From an uncultured Gemmatimonadales bacterium (GTDB lineage: Bacteria > Gemmatimonadota > Gemmatimonadetes > Longimicrobiales > RSA9): 64,000 nt of DNA. Each line of letters begins with the position of its first letter. Within the stretch, counting starts at the first letter, position 1. The stretch is taken from assembly GCA_963798085.1 (NCBI GenBank), contig CAWCRS010000008.1, positions 192,001 to 256,000 of the forward strand. The letters run 5' to 3'. This document shows, in pieces, positions 25,584 to 36,292 of this stretch. Under the pieces are notes generated by a model, which saw only the letters and a list, made by a program, of their open reading frames with translations, was not told where the DNA came from and did no database searches. The translations under genes and the position numbers were made by a program.

Positions 25584-26027
25584 GATCCACCTTCCTCCGT
25601 TGCGCTCTCTCAGCCCTTCCGCCACCGCCGCTGCCATCTCTCGATGGCGTCGCCGTGATCGGGCGAAGGCCATCCCGCGACACAGCCGCGCCGGATCCGC
25701 CCGCCAATGAGCCGATGCGCGCCGCGACGCCGCCTCCATGGGTCGACCAATGTCACGACACCCATGGAACCGTGTTGTCCCCAACTCGACACCGTGAGGC
25801 CCTGCGACGTCGACACCACCCAACCGCATTCGTCGATCAGCAGACTGTCTGCCGCTACACGAAGGATCGCCGCGCGGTCGATCACGTCCTCGCAGGGATC
25901 CTTGAAGGAGGTCTGGAAGCTGAGCGCGGCGCCGTCACGTCCAGGGATCGCGGTTCGACTTGCCCGAGCCGGTCTCGAGAGGGACTTTACCTGGCAACGT
26001 GTCCGAAAAAAAGAGTGAGCGAAATCA

Positions 26028-26402
26028 ATGGTGCGTGTGCTGGCTGCCGTCATACGGCGCAACGGGCGAATGCTGTTGTGTCGGCGGCCGACGCACAAGC
26101 GGCACGGCGGTCTCTGGGAGTTTCCCGGAGGGAAGATCGAGCCTGGCGAGTCCGATCTCGAGGCGGCGCGGCGAGAATTGCGGGAGGAGCTGGGCGTGTA
26201 CGCCACCGGCGCTGGCCGCGTGGAAATGACCGTGGCAGACGCTGGATCGGACTTTGTGATCGAGTTCATTCCGGTGAACATTGAAGGCGAACCGGCGTGC
26301 CTGGAGCACAGCGAGCTGGCGTGGCTCACACCGCCCGAGATACTCGCGCTGCCGCTCGCGCCCAGCGATCGCACGTTCGCCGAAACTCTACCAGTCCGGT
26401 AA
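26028..26402 (+). CDS. NUDIX hydrolase (MutT/NudG-like)
   Basis: Nudix box WEFPGGKIEPGESDLEAARRELREELG. Confidence 0.92.
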   Translation: MVRVLAAVIRRNGRMLLCRRPTHKRHGGLWEFPGGKIEPGESDLEAARRELREELGVYATGAGRVEMTVADAGSDFVIEFIPVNIEGEPACLEHSELAWLTPPEILALPLAPSDRTFAETLPVR

Positions 26403-26413
26403 CCCGGGCGATC

Positions 26414-26944
26414 ATGAGCGGAACTCGGTCCTTACTGCCAGTGCGACTGCAGCGGCAGCTGGAACGCTGGAGCGAACTCTGGCACGTGCAGGGCATGGCG
26501 GAAGCGCTGGAGATCCGGAGCAGCCACAGGCTCAAGCAGTCGCTGGCTCGCTGCAGACCGGAGGAAAGCAGCATCACACTTCGCGCCGATCTGCTCGCGT
26601 CCCGATCACGCCGTCTGGAAGAAGTACTCTGCCATGAAGCCGCACACGTCGCGGTCCACCGACTTTACGGGAAACGTACACAACCTCACGGCGATGAGTG
26701 GCGCAGCCTGGTGCGCCAGGCCGGATTCGATCCGCGCGTGAAGGCGGAACCGGAGTCTGCGGGGCCGCGCGGTCTGAAGAACGTCAGCAGGCTGGAGTAT
26801 GAGCACCGCTGCCCGGTGTGCCAGAGTGTGCGGTACGCGCGGCGGCCCGTGAGTCGCTGGCGTTGCGCGGATTGCCTCAATGCGGGCCTGGAAGGTTGCC
26901 TGATCATTACACGGCATTCCGGTCGACGCGCAGCGGAGTCGTAA
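26414..26944 (+). CDS. SprT-like zinc metalloprotease with C-terminal Zn ribbon
   Basis: LCHEAAH...PHGDEW; CPVC...CADC. Confidence 0.82.
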   Translation: MSGTRSLLPVRLQRQLERWSELWHVQGMAEALEIRSSHRLKQSLARCRPEESSITLRADLLASRSRRLEEVLCHEAAHVAVHRLYGKRTQPHGDEWRSLVRQAGFDPRVKAEPESAGPRGLKNVSRLEYEHRCPVCQSVRYARRPVSRWRCADCLNAGLEGCLIITRHSGRRAAES

Positions 26945-26947
26945 GCG

Positions 26948-29900
26948 ATGGCCTGCCCCTACTGCGACGTCGCACGCGATCGCTGCTTCTACACGGGCGA
27001 GCTCGTCGTTGGATTCTGGCATGAGAACGGTGCTGGCGGTTCTGATCCGATGGCTCTGGTGGTCACTCGCCGGCATGTCGCAAGCTGGTTCGACGCGAGC
27101 ATGCCGGAACAGGCAGAGCTGGCTCGAGCTCTGGCAGTGGCACGCATGGAGCTTGCGCGCATCCACGCCTTCCCGGGCTTCCGCATTTCCATAGACATTG
27201 GCGTCGCCGCAGGTCAGGCAGTTCCGCACCTCGCCGTTCAGCTCCGACCGTATCGCGCACGCGACGGGCTATCCGGTGTTGACGCTGACTCGCCGAACGA
27301 CGCTCGCCTGGCGGGCGTGCGTTCGCAGACGTCAGCGGATGTGCCGCATGCGCGCGCCCTCGTGCGTGGCGGCGAAGACGATCCACTGCTGCCGCACCTG
27401 CTCGCCTGTCTCGATGGCGCTCGCAACGTCGATATTGCGGTTGCCTTCACCATGGAGAGTGGTGTGCGCGCGCTGGACGAGCATCTGCGCGACGTGCTCG
27501 ATGGCGGCGGACGAGTCCGCATTGTGACCGGGGACTATCTCGGCATTACGGAACCCCGCGCATTGCTGCGACTCCTCGATCTGCAGGGGGACTTGCAGCT
27601 GCGTGCCTTCGAGAGCGGCGGCCTCAGTTTCCATCCGAAGGCATACATCGTAACCGACCGCGCTGGGGCAGGCACGGCCTTTGTTGGCAGCTCCAACCTC
27701 AGCGAAACCGCGCTGCGCGGCGGCGTGGAATGGAACTACCGTGTCATCACGTCGCGGGACCGGGCCGGGTTTGGCGACGTGGTGGATGCATTCGACAGAC
27801 TCTTCTCGGATCCGCGCTGCGCTCGCGTTGATGCGGCGTGGGTGCGCCGCTACGAAGCGCGCCGTACGCCGCCGCTGCCCGATCGCACCGGCATCGCCGT
27901 CGAGCCACTATTGCCACCGCCCGAGCCGCACCCGATTCAGCGGCAGGCGCTCGCTGCGCTCGAGGCGACACGCGCCGAGGGAAACAGTGCCGGCCTCGTT
28001 GTGCTCGCAACCGGTCTGGGCAAGACGTGGCTGAGCGCATTCGACAGCCAGCGTCCGGAGTATCCCCGTGTACTCTTCGTGGCGCACCGCGAAGAGATTC
28101 TGGCCCAGGCGATGAACACGTTTCGGCGGATCCGGCCGGCTGCCACACTCGGCTACTACACCGGCAGGGAGAAGACGGCTGACGCCGATGTGCTGTTTGC
28201 GTCCATCCAGACACTGGCACGAAGCGAGCACCTGCAGCGTTTCGGCCGGCGTCAGTTCGACTACGTCATTGTCGACGAGTTTCACCACGCCGCAGCGAGT
28301 TCGTACCGCAAGCTGATCAACTACCTCGAACCGAAGTTCCTGCTCGGACTGACCGCGACGCCGGAGCGCACGGATGGCGGCGACCTGCTTTCGCTGTGTG
28401 GCGACAACCTGGTGTACCGCTGCGATGTGGCGGAAGGCATCCGCCAGGGGTTGCTCTCCCCGTTCGCCTACTTCGGTGTTCCGGACGATGTGGACTACGA
28501 GAACATTCCCTGGCGCAGCAACCGCTTCGACGAGACCGAGCTGACCAACGCACTCGCCACGGAGAAGCGGGCCGGCAATGCACTCGAGCAGTTGCAGCGC
28601 CACGGCGGGCGGCGCGCTCTTGCCTTCTGCGCCTCGCAGCGACACGCGGATTTCATGGCGCGCTTCTTCAACGGTGCGGGCCTTCGCGCGGCTGCCGTCC
28701 ACGCTGGAGCAGACTCGGCACCGCGTGCCCGTTCGCTGGAGCGCCTTGAGGCCGGCGACCTCGACGTGGTGTGCGCCGTCGACATGTTCAACGAGGGCGT
28801 CGACCTGCCCAGGGTCGACACCGTTCTCATGCTGCGGCCTACGGAATCGCGCATCGTGTGGCTGCAGCAATTCGGTCGCGGTCTGCGCTACGTTCCCGAC
28901 AAGCAGCTCAAGGTTATCGACTACATCGGGAACCATCGCGTCTTCCTGACGAAGACGCGAGCACTGCTCAACCTCGGTGACTCGAATCGCGATGTCGCCT
29001 ACGCTCTCGACCAGCTGGAGAAAGGCACGCTCGAGTTGCCGCCCGGCTGCGCCGTAACCTACGACCTCGATGTAGTGAGGATACTGCGGGCGCTCGTTCA
29101 GCCCGCGCAGGTGCACCAGCTGCTGGAGACGTTCTATCGCGAATTCCGGGAACGCCTCGGCCGCCGGCCACTCGCGCTGGAATTGTTCAACGAGGGTCTC
29201 GATCCGAAGAGCGTGCGGAAGCACCATGGTTCCTGGCTCGATTTCGTTCGCAACATGGGCGATTTCGATGCGCAGCAGGAGCAGGTGTGGAACGGGCTGC
29301 GCGATTTCCTGCGCGAACTCGAGGTCATGCCGCTCGTGCGTGCGGACCGGATGCTCGTGTTCCTGGCACTCGTCGGCATGGATGCGTTTCCGGGACATGC
29401 CGGGCTGGCTGCGGTCGCCGAGCGCGTCGCTGAGCTCGCGAAGCGCTGGGCGGTCGTACGTAACGAGATCGGCAACGCTGTGAACGATCGTACTGCGCTG
29501 CGAACGCTGCTGAACGGCGCTGTTGCGGAACTCACTCGCGACGGGAGGGCCGGTGGCGCATGGTTCACCTCTGACGGCGAATCACTGGCGAGTTCACCGG
29601 ATCTCGATGTGCCGCCCCATCTGCGGGAGACGATCCAGGACCTGGTGGGCGAAATCGCGGACTGGCGGATCGCCCAGTACGTACGGCGCACGTCGGCGTC
29701 AACGGCAGACCGCATCATCTGCAGCGTGAGCCACAGCGCCGGCCGTCCCATTCTGTTGCTGCCGTCGCGCGAGCGGCACGAGGGGATCCCCGAAGGCTGG
29801 CGCGATGTGGTCATCGAAGACAAACCGCACCAGGCGAATTTCGCCAGGATCGCCATTGGCGCCGTAACGGCACCGGAATCAGAGGAGAACATTCTGCCGG

Positions 29901-30487
29901 CGCTGCTTCAGAAGTGGTTCGGCCCGGACGCAGGAAAGCCGGGGCGTACGGATCGCGTGCTCTTCCGGCGTGCCGGCAATGAGTACGTGATGTCGCCGAT
30001 GGGCGACGACGAGGGGGGACGTCGGCCCGAGTTGTGGCAGCGCTACGCGCGGCGCGAGTTGCCCGCGCTACTAGGCTTTGAGTTTCAGAGCGGCGAGAAT
30101 CGGGACGGGGTGATCTACAGGGAGGACTTGATCATTCTGTTTGTGAATCTCGAGAAAGCGGACGCACCTGACACTCAGCGGTACGCCGATTATTTCGTTT
30201 CGCCAACGGAGTTCCATTGGCAGAGCCAAAGTACTACCTCTCGACGACACAAACGCGGCCGTCCGCTGGGCGAAAGCCGTGAAAAGGGAATCAAAGTGCA
30301 CCTATTCGTGCGCAGGTGGAAGAAGATTTCAAAGAACACGCAGCCATTCATTTACTGCGGCCCGGTCGAGTTCCTCCGCTGGGAAGGCGACAAGCCAATC
30401 AACGTCTGGTGGCAGCTGCGCGAGCCCGTTCCGGAGAACCTCTGGGTGGAACTGCAGATCCGGAGCCTGGATCCGCCGCCCACCTGA
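26948..30487 (+). CDS. Degenerate HIT + PLD-type nuclease + SF2 (ResIII-like) helicase + DUF3427-like C-terminal domain
   Basis: CPYC...AAGQAVPHL (HIT); FHPKAY...VGSSNLS...GVEWN (PLD); ATGLGKT, DEFHH, TATP, QQFGRGLR (SF2); YADYFVSPTEFHWQSQS...VHLFVR...FIYCG (DUF3427-like). Confidence 0.88.
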   Translation: MACPYCDVARDRCFYTGELVVGFWHENGAGGSDPMALVVTRRHVASWFDASMPEQAELARALAVARMELARIHAFPGFRISIDIGVAAGQAVPHLAVQLRPYRARDGLSGVDADSPNDARLAGVRSQTSADVPHARALVRGGEDDPLLPHLLACLDGARNVDIAVAFTMESGVRALDEHLRDVLDGGGRVRIVTGDYLGITEPRALLRLLDLQGDLQLRAFESGGLSFHPKAYIVTDRAGAGTAFVGSSNLSETALRGGVEWNYRVITSRDRAGFGDVVDAFDRLFSDPRCARVDAAWVRRYEARRTPPLPDRTGIAVEPLLPPPEPHPIQRQALAALEATRAEGNSAGLVVLATGLGKTWLSAFDSQRPEYPRVLFVAHREEILAQAMNTFRRIRPAATLGYYTGREKTADADVLFASIQTLARSEHLQRFGRRQFDYVIVDEFHHAAASSYRKLINYLEPKFLLGLTATPERTDGGDLLSLCGDNLVYRCDVAEGIRQGLLSPFAYFGVPDDVDYENIPWRSNRFDETELTNALATEKRAGNALEQLQRHGGRRALAFCASQRHADFMARFFNGAGLRAAAVHAGADSAPRARSLERLEAGDLDVVCAVDMFNEGVDLPRVDTVLMLRPTESRIVWLQQFGRGLRYVPDKQLKVIDYIGNHRVFLTKTRALLNLGDSNRDVAYALDQLEKGTLELPPGCAVTYDLDVVRILRALVQPAQVHQLLETFYREFRERLGRRPLALELFNEGLDPKSVRKHHGSWLDFVRNMGDFDAQQEQVWNGLRDFLRELEVMPLVRADRMLVFLALVGMDAFPGHAGLAAVAERVAELAKRWAVVRNEIGNAVNDRTALRTLLNGAVAELTRDGRAGGAWFTSDGESLASSPDLDVPPHLRETIQDLVGEIADWRIAQYVRRTSASTADRIICSVSHSAGRPILLLPSRERHEGIPEGWRDVVIEDKPHQANFARIAIGAVTAPESEENILPALLQKWFGPDAGKPGRTDRVLFRRAGNEYVMSPMGDDEGGRRPELWQRYARRELPALLGFEFQSGENRDGVIYREDLIILFVNLEKADAPDTQRYADYFVSPTEFHWQSQSTTSRRHKRGRPLGESREKGIKVHLFVRRWKKISKNTQPFIYCGPVEFLRWEGDKPINVWWQLREPVPENLWVELQIRSLDPPPT

Positions 30488-30683
30488 CCCGCTTGCCGGC
30501 GGAACCGACACCGGCCGCCCGGTCCCGCCGGTCTCACGGTCCGTCCCGCTGTCGTCAGCACCACCGCATTGACCGGCCGCCAGGAAATGCACAGTATTGC
30601 GCCGGCAGCACCCGCGACTGGCAGGACCATGCGCGCTCACGAAGCGCGCCCGAACCTACTAACACGATGTCAGGAGAATACGC

Positions 30684-31808
30684 ATGCCGAAGGCCACTGC
30701 CGGAATCGACGCCCGTAAAGGCAATGTCATCGTGATGATCGGCACCACCAAGGGCGCGTTCCTGCTCCATTCCGACGCCGCACGGAAAAGCTGGCGCATG
30801 GAAGGGCCGCACTTCGCCGGCGAGGAAGTCTACGCCGTCGCGCTGGACCAGCGGGGCGGCCGGCGCACGCTCTGGGCCGCGCCCGGCAATCCGTTCTTCG
30901 GCTGCACACTGCGCCGTTCCAATGACATGGGCGCAACCTGGTCGGGCAAGGAGGAGCGGCCGGTGCGCTTTCCGGAGGGCTCCGGTCTATCGCTCAAACG
31001 CATCTGGCAGATCCGGCCGGGCCATGAGGATCAGCCGGAGCACATGCTGATCGGTGTGGAGCCCACCTGCCTGTTCGAGAGTCACGACAGCGGCGACTCG
31101 TGGCAGCCGGTTGACGGACTCCTCAACCACGAGCACCGCCCGCGCTGGACACCGGGCGCCGGCGGCATGTGTCTGCACACGATCCTCCAGGACCCGGCGT
31201 CGCGCGAGCGCACCGTCATCGCCATGTCGACGGGCGGCGTCTACCGCACCGACAATGGCGGCCGCACGTGGCGCGCGCGCAATCAGGGTGTGCGCGCGCA
31301 GTTCCTGCCCGACAAGTATCCGGAGTTCGGACAGTGCGTGCACAAGATCGCGCAGCACCCGGCGAGGCCGGAACGGCTCTTCCTGCAGAATCACTGGGGG
31401 CTCTACCGCAGCACGGACTGGGGCGACACCTGGCAGGACATCGCCAATGGCGTGCCTTCCGACTTCGGCTTCGGCATGGCCATGCACCCGCACGATCCGG
31501 ACAGCGTGTACATCGTGCCGCTGGAGTCGGACATGTTCCGCTGCGTGCCCGAGGCCAAACTCCGTGTGTACCGGACGCGCAACGCAGGCGATTCCTGGGA
31601 GCCGGCATACGCCGGCATGCCGCAGCAGGATGCCTACGAGACCGTGCTGCGCGACAGCCTGACCACGGACACTCTCGATCCCGCGGGCATCTACTTCGGC
31701 ACGCGCAGCGGCAAGGTGTGGGGCTCTGCCAGCGAGGGCGAGGATTGGACGCTGATTCGCGAATCGCTGCCGTCCGTGACCTGCGTGAAGAGCGCGGTCA
31801 TCGCATGA
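30684..31808 (+). CDS. Cytoplasmic BNR/sialidase-like beta-propeller protein
   Basis: IGTTKGAF, Asp boxes SNDMGATW, TDNGGRTW, STDWGDTW, GQCVHKI, QNHWG; AGGAG RBS. Confidence 0.85.
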   Translation: MPKATAGIDARKGNVIVMIGTTKGAFLLHSDAARKSWRMEGPHFAGEEVYAVALDQRGGRRTLWAAPGNPFFGCTLRRSNDMGATWSGKEERPVRFPEGSGLSLKRIWQIRPGHEDQPEHMLIGVEPTCLFESHDSGDSWQPVDGLLNHEHRPRWTPGAGGMCLHTILQDPASRERTVIAMSTGGVYRTDNGGRTWRARNQGVRAQFLPDKYPEFGQCVHKIAQHPARPERLFLQNHWGLYRSTDWGDTWQDIANGVPSDFGFGMAMHPHDPDSVYIVPLESDMFRCVPEAKLRVYRTRNAGDSWEPAYAGMPQQDAYETVLRDSLTTDTLDPAGIYFGTRSGKVWGSASEGEDWTLIRESLPSVTCVKSAVIA

Positions 31809-32116
31809 GCATCACGCTCCGCCTGCCGGCACCGCTGCGCGAGCTGGCCAGGGGCAGAGGCGAGCTGACGCTGCCGGCGCCTGCTGACAACGGTGTCATC
31901 ACCGTGGGCGATGCGTTCGCCGCGCTGCGCCGTGACTACCGTGCGGTCTATGATCGCATCATGACCGAGCAGGGCGAGCTGCGCCCGCACATCAATGTGT
32001 TTGTCGGTAGCGAGAGCATTCGCTCGGGCGAGGGCATTGCGACGACAGTGCCCGATGGCAGCGAGATCGTTATTCTGCCGGCCGTCAGTGGCGGAGCAGG
32101 CCACCACACAGCCTGA
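31805..32116 (+). CDS. MoaD/ThiS-family ubiquitin-like protein
   Basis: LRPHINVFV...EIVILPAVSGG, followed by AGHHTA; ATGA-coupled to the propeller gene. Confidence 0.85.
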   Translation: MSITLRLPAPLRELARGRGELTLPAPADNGVITVGDAFAALRRDYRAVYDRIMTEQGELRPHINVFVGSESIRSGEGIATTVPDGSEIVILPAVSGGAGHHTA

Positions 32117-32155
32117 CGTTCGTCGCGCGCGACTCGCACGCACGAACGCATCGCG

Positions 32156-32182
32156 GACGGGCCCGACATTGCCGGGCCCGTC
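32156..32182. terminator. Stem-loop between convergent genes
   Basis: GACGGGCCCG-acattgc-CGGGCCCGTC, 10-bp perfect stem. Confidence 0.55.
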
Positions 32183-32189
32183 GTGCGTT

Positions 32190-34650
32190 TCAGTCCTCGC
32201 GCAGCGCGGTGGTCGGATCCACGCGCGTGGCGCGCCGCGCCGGCACCCACGACGCGATGAGCACCGTGGCCGCGAGCAGGGTTGCGACCAGTGCGTACGT
32301 GGGCACATCAACGGGTGAGACCTCGAAGAGCAGTTCGCCCAGCAGATGCGTCAGCATTGCCGCGCCAGCCAGGCCAATGCCGATGCCCAGCAGTGCGATC
32401 AGACTGGCGCTGCCCAGCACGATGCGCAGAACCTGGCGCGGTCGCGCGCCCAATGCCATGCGCAGCCCGAACTCGCGCGTGCGCCTTCCCACTGCGAACG
32501 AGGCCGAGCCGTAGATACCGGCCGCCGCGAGCAGCAGTCCCGCGATCGCGAACACGGCGATCACGAGGCTGTTGAACTCGGGCTGTCCCATGGCGATGCG
32601 CATCACGGCATCGCCTGTCGAAACACCGTACACGGCCGCGACGGGTGACACCGCGCGGACAGCCGCGCGGAAGTCAGTGGTCAGACGAGCCGGATCGCCA
32701 CGCGTGCGCACTGTATACGCCAGCGCGGACAGCCGCGCGACATCCGACTGCGCGAGCGGATAGTACAGCTGCGGTTTCAGTGCCGCGCCCAGCGTGCCGC
32801 TGCGTACATTGTCGACGACACCCACGATCTCGATCCATGGACGGTCCAGGCCGTAGGCGCCGCGCTTGATGCGCCGGCCCAGCGCGCTGCCGCCGGGCCA
32901 GTAGTGCTGCTCGAACGAGCGGCTCACGATCGCGACCGGCGCAGCGTCCCTGCGGTCCGCATCCGTGAAGTCGCGGCCGGCGAGCAGGCGCACACCCATG
33001 GCGAGGAACCAACCCGGTGTTATGAAACGGCCGGGATTGATCGTCCGCTCACTGGGGCTGGTCGGCGGCTGGTCCTGCACCGAGTAGTTGAAGCCCACAT
33101 CGCCGTCCTCGAAGGGCACCGAACTCACGGCAGCGGCCGCAACCACGCCGGGAATCGTACGCACCTGATCCAGCACCGTACGGGTGAAGGCCGTGCGTCC
33201 CGCCGGTGTGCCCGCGTACAATGCCGGCGCGGAGACACGCGCAATGAAGAGTGCCGTCGCATCGAATCCGGGAGGCACGGCGCGCAGCCGCGCGAAACTG
33301 CGCATCATCAGGGTGGCGCCGATCAGCAGCATCAGACTGAGCGCCACCTGGCCGACGACGAAGCCGTTCTGCAGCCGCCGTTCGCGCCGGCCCATCGAGG
33401 ATCCGCGCGCGTGGCGCAGCGTCTCGATCGAGCCGGCCCCGCGCACCACGGGCACTTTCGCCAGCAGCAGGGCAACAGCGCCGCCGAGCAGCAGCGACCA
33501 GCCCAGGACGGAGGGCGAGAAGCCGACGCGGTCGAATGCGGGATTGTTCGGTGGCGCCACTGCTAACAGCGCCTTGACACCCCACGCGCCCAGCACGCCG
33601 CCCAGCAGCGCGCCGCTCAGGGCCAGTGTCAGGTTCTCCACCAGCACCTGCTGCGTCAGCTGGTGGCGGGGTGCACCGAGCGCCGTGCGCACGGCGTGCT
33701 GCCAGGTCTCGCTCTCCGCGCGCGCCAGCATGAGGTTGGCCACGTTCGCAGTGGCCAGCAGCAGCAGGAACAGTGCGCCGCCGAACAGCGCCCACAGGGG
33801 CCGGCGGAAGCTGCCCACCAGGTATTCGTTGAGCGGTACCGCCTCGTATCCGAAATCGCCGAAGAAGACAGGGTCGACCGCGCGCATGCGGACGGCCAGC
33901 GCATCGAGGTCGTGCGCCAGCGCCGCGCGATTGCTCGTCGGCGGCAGGCGGCCGATCACCGCGAGCACGCCGGTACCGCGCTGCTCGTTCGCGGTGAAGT
34001 CCTCGGGCACGAACGCCGCCCAGATATCGGCGCGGCTGGGAAAGCGAATGACACCCGGCAGCACGCCCACGATCTGATAGGCCTGGCCCGTCAACTCGAG
34101 CGTCTGCCCGAGCACATCGGGACTGCGCCCGAAATGGCTCGACCAGTACGCCTCGCCGATCAGCGCCGTGCGCCGGCCGCGCTCCACATCACGCGGGTCG
34201 AGCAACCGACCCATCAGCGGGCGCACACCCAGCACGGCGAAACTGCCCGCCACCACCTCCGCGCCCGGTACGCGCTCCGCTGTGCCGTCGCGTACCACAT
34301 CGAGATCGCGCTCATAGAACGCGGCGACACCGGACAGCACGCGGCCCTCCTCGATGAGACTGCGCGTGGGCAGCCACGAGACCCAGTAGTTCTCCTTCGG
34401 ATTCGTGCGCGTCCTGCTGAACGCCGCGATCTGGTACAGCTCGCCCGGCCGCTCGAAGGGCTGCGGTCGCAGCAGGACGGGCTCCAGCACCGCGAACACG
34501 CCCGTTGCCGCACCCGTGCCCGTCGCCAGACAGAGCACGAATGATCGCTGTGAACAGGGGACGGCGGCGTGCCCGCCGGCCCACCAGAACCAGATCGCGA
34601 CGCAGTGCATCAATGAAGCGAACAATCCCGCCGCTCATCCCCGTCTCCAT
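32190..34650 (-). CDS. ADOP-type duplicated ABC permease; frameshift ~34540
   Basis: RRDLVLVGRRARRRPLF in one frame; LLLATANVANL, REFGLRMALGA, RRATRVDPTTALRED in the next. Confidence 0.88.
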
Positions 34651-34697
34651 TTGCGTGACGCGCGCGCCGAACGAGTCCGGCGGCGCTGGTTCGCACA

Positions 34698-36281
34698 TCA
34701 GGCCGCCGGCGACACCCGCGTCTCCCGCAGCAGCTCCGCGGCCATGCGCTCCGCCGCATCCACGAAGCTCACGAAATCAGCGCGCGTGCTGCAATGATTG
34801 CAGATGCACACGCGCAGCGTGAAGCGGCCATCCAGCTGCGTGCCCGAGGGCACGGCGACGCCGCTCTCCTGGATGCGCATCAGCAGCTCGCGGTTCAGTG
34901 CATCACTGCGCTCTCCGTCGTCGCGCACTTCGAGCCGAAACGCGACCACGTTCAGCGCGACCGGCGCCACGCGCACGAACAGCGGCGACGAGTCGATCAG
35001 GTGCGCCAGGAACCTCGCCTGCCGCACATTCTGCGCGACGAGTCGCCCGAACTTCTCGATGCCGTGCTCCTTGATCGTGAGCCACACCTTGAGCGCCTTG
35101 AAGCCGCGCGAAAGCTGCAGCCCTCTGCCCCCCGCGCTGTCTCGCAAGGAGCCCGTGCCGCGCGCCAGCGGCTCGAGGTAATCGCCCCCGGCCGCGAACG
35201 TGCGCCGCTGCGCATCCGCATCGCGGATCAGCACACAGCCCGCCTCGTAGTTCACATACATCCATTTGTGGAAGTCGAAGGCGAGGGAATCGGCGCGCGC
35301 GAGGCCGGACACCAGCCGTCGCGTTTCCGGCGAGAGCGCCGCCATGGCGCCGAACGCGCCGTCCACGTGGAACCAGAGTCCCGTGCGCTCCGCCAGGTCA
35401 GCGAGCGCGTTCAGATCATCGATCGCGCCCGTGTTGATCGTGCCCGCCGTGCCCACGATCGCGAACGGACGCAGACCCGCGCGACGATCCTGCTCGATCA
35501 CGGACGCCATCTCCGGGACACACACGCGCCATTCGCTGTCCACGCCGACCAGCCGCACCGCGTCCCGGCCCAGACCCAGCAGCTTCGCCGCCTTGAATAC
35601 CGACGAGTGCACCTCCGTCGACGCGTAGAGCACCAGCCGCTGCGGCGCCGCGCCGACGCCCTGCGCGCGCACATCGAAACCGGCCGCTTCGTCGCGCGCC
35701 ACCGCGAGTCCCACCAGATTCGCGACCGAGCCGCCGCTCACCATCACCCCGCCCGACTCCGCCGGGAAACCGAGCGCCTGCTTCATCCATTGCAGCAGCT
35801 GCGCCTCGACCCGCGCCGCGCCATCATTGAAATTGCCCGGCACCGAGTTCATGCCCGCCGCTAACATCTCTGCTATCATGCCCGCGGGTGAGCCGGTACC
35901 GCCCGCCCAGCCCCAGAAACGCGGATGGTGCAGGCCGGTCGGGTACGGCAGCACCGTCTCCACGAAGTCGCGGAACGCAGCCGCGTGACCACTGCCCGCG
36001 GCCGGCAGTGCCGACCGGAAACGCGCTTCCACCGCCGCCGGCAACGGCCGCCACGCCGGACCCATGCGCGCATCCCGCTGGAAATCGAGCATGCGATCCA
36101 GCAACTCGTGCGCATCCGCGCGGAACGCCTCCCAATCCTGCGGATCGAGCGTCTCCTCGGCGGCGTGCGGCTCAGCCGTGCCTGCGACCTCACCGACATC
36201 GGCTTCATCGCATTCCTCGCGTCCCGCGGTCGCGAATCCGACGACCTCGGTGCGAGCCTCGAGTCCGTTGTCCGGGTCCAT
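34698..36281 (-). CDS. Group II PLP-dependent amino-acid decarboxylase
   Basis: HHPRFWG, SGGSVANL, WFHVDGAFG, DFHKW (PLP lysine), LSRGFKALKVW. Confidence 0.92.
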   Translation of the reverse strand: MDPDNGLEARTEVVGFATAGREECDEADVGEVAGTAEPHAAEETLDPQDWEAFRADAHELLDRMLDFQRDARMGPAWRPLPAAVEARFRSALPAAGSGHAAAFRDFVETVLPYPTGLHHPRFWGWAGGTGSPAGMIAEMLAAGMNSVPGNFNDGAARVEAQLLQWMKQALGFPAESGGVMVSGGSVANLVGLAVARDEAAGFDVRAQGVGAAPQRLVLYASTEVHSSVFKAAKLLGLGRDAVRLVGVDSEWRVCVPEMASVIEQDRRAGLRPFAIVGTAGTINTGAIDDLNALADLAERTGLWFHVDGAFGAMAALSPETRRLVSGLARADSLAFDFHKWMYVNYEAGCVLIRDADAQRRTFAAGGDYLEPLARGTGSLRDSAGGRGLQLSRGFKALKVWLTIKEHGIEKFGRLVAQNVRQARFLAHLIDSSPLFVRVAPVALNVVAFRLEVRDDGERSDALNRELLMRIQESGVAVPSGTQLDGRFTLRVCICNHCSTRADFVSFVDAAERMAAELLRETRVSPAA

Positions 36282-36292
36282 TAGCCGCCTCT

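Noticed and set aside
25584..26027. ORFs or an HNH remnant upstream of NUDIX (VDHVLA)
   Set aside because: No convincing motif set or start; likely divergent promoter region or decayed DNA
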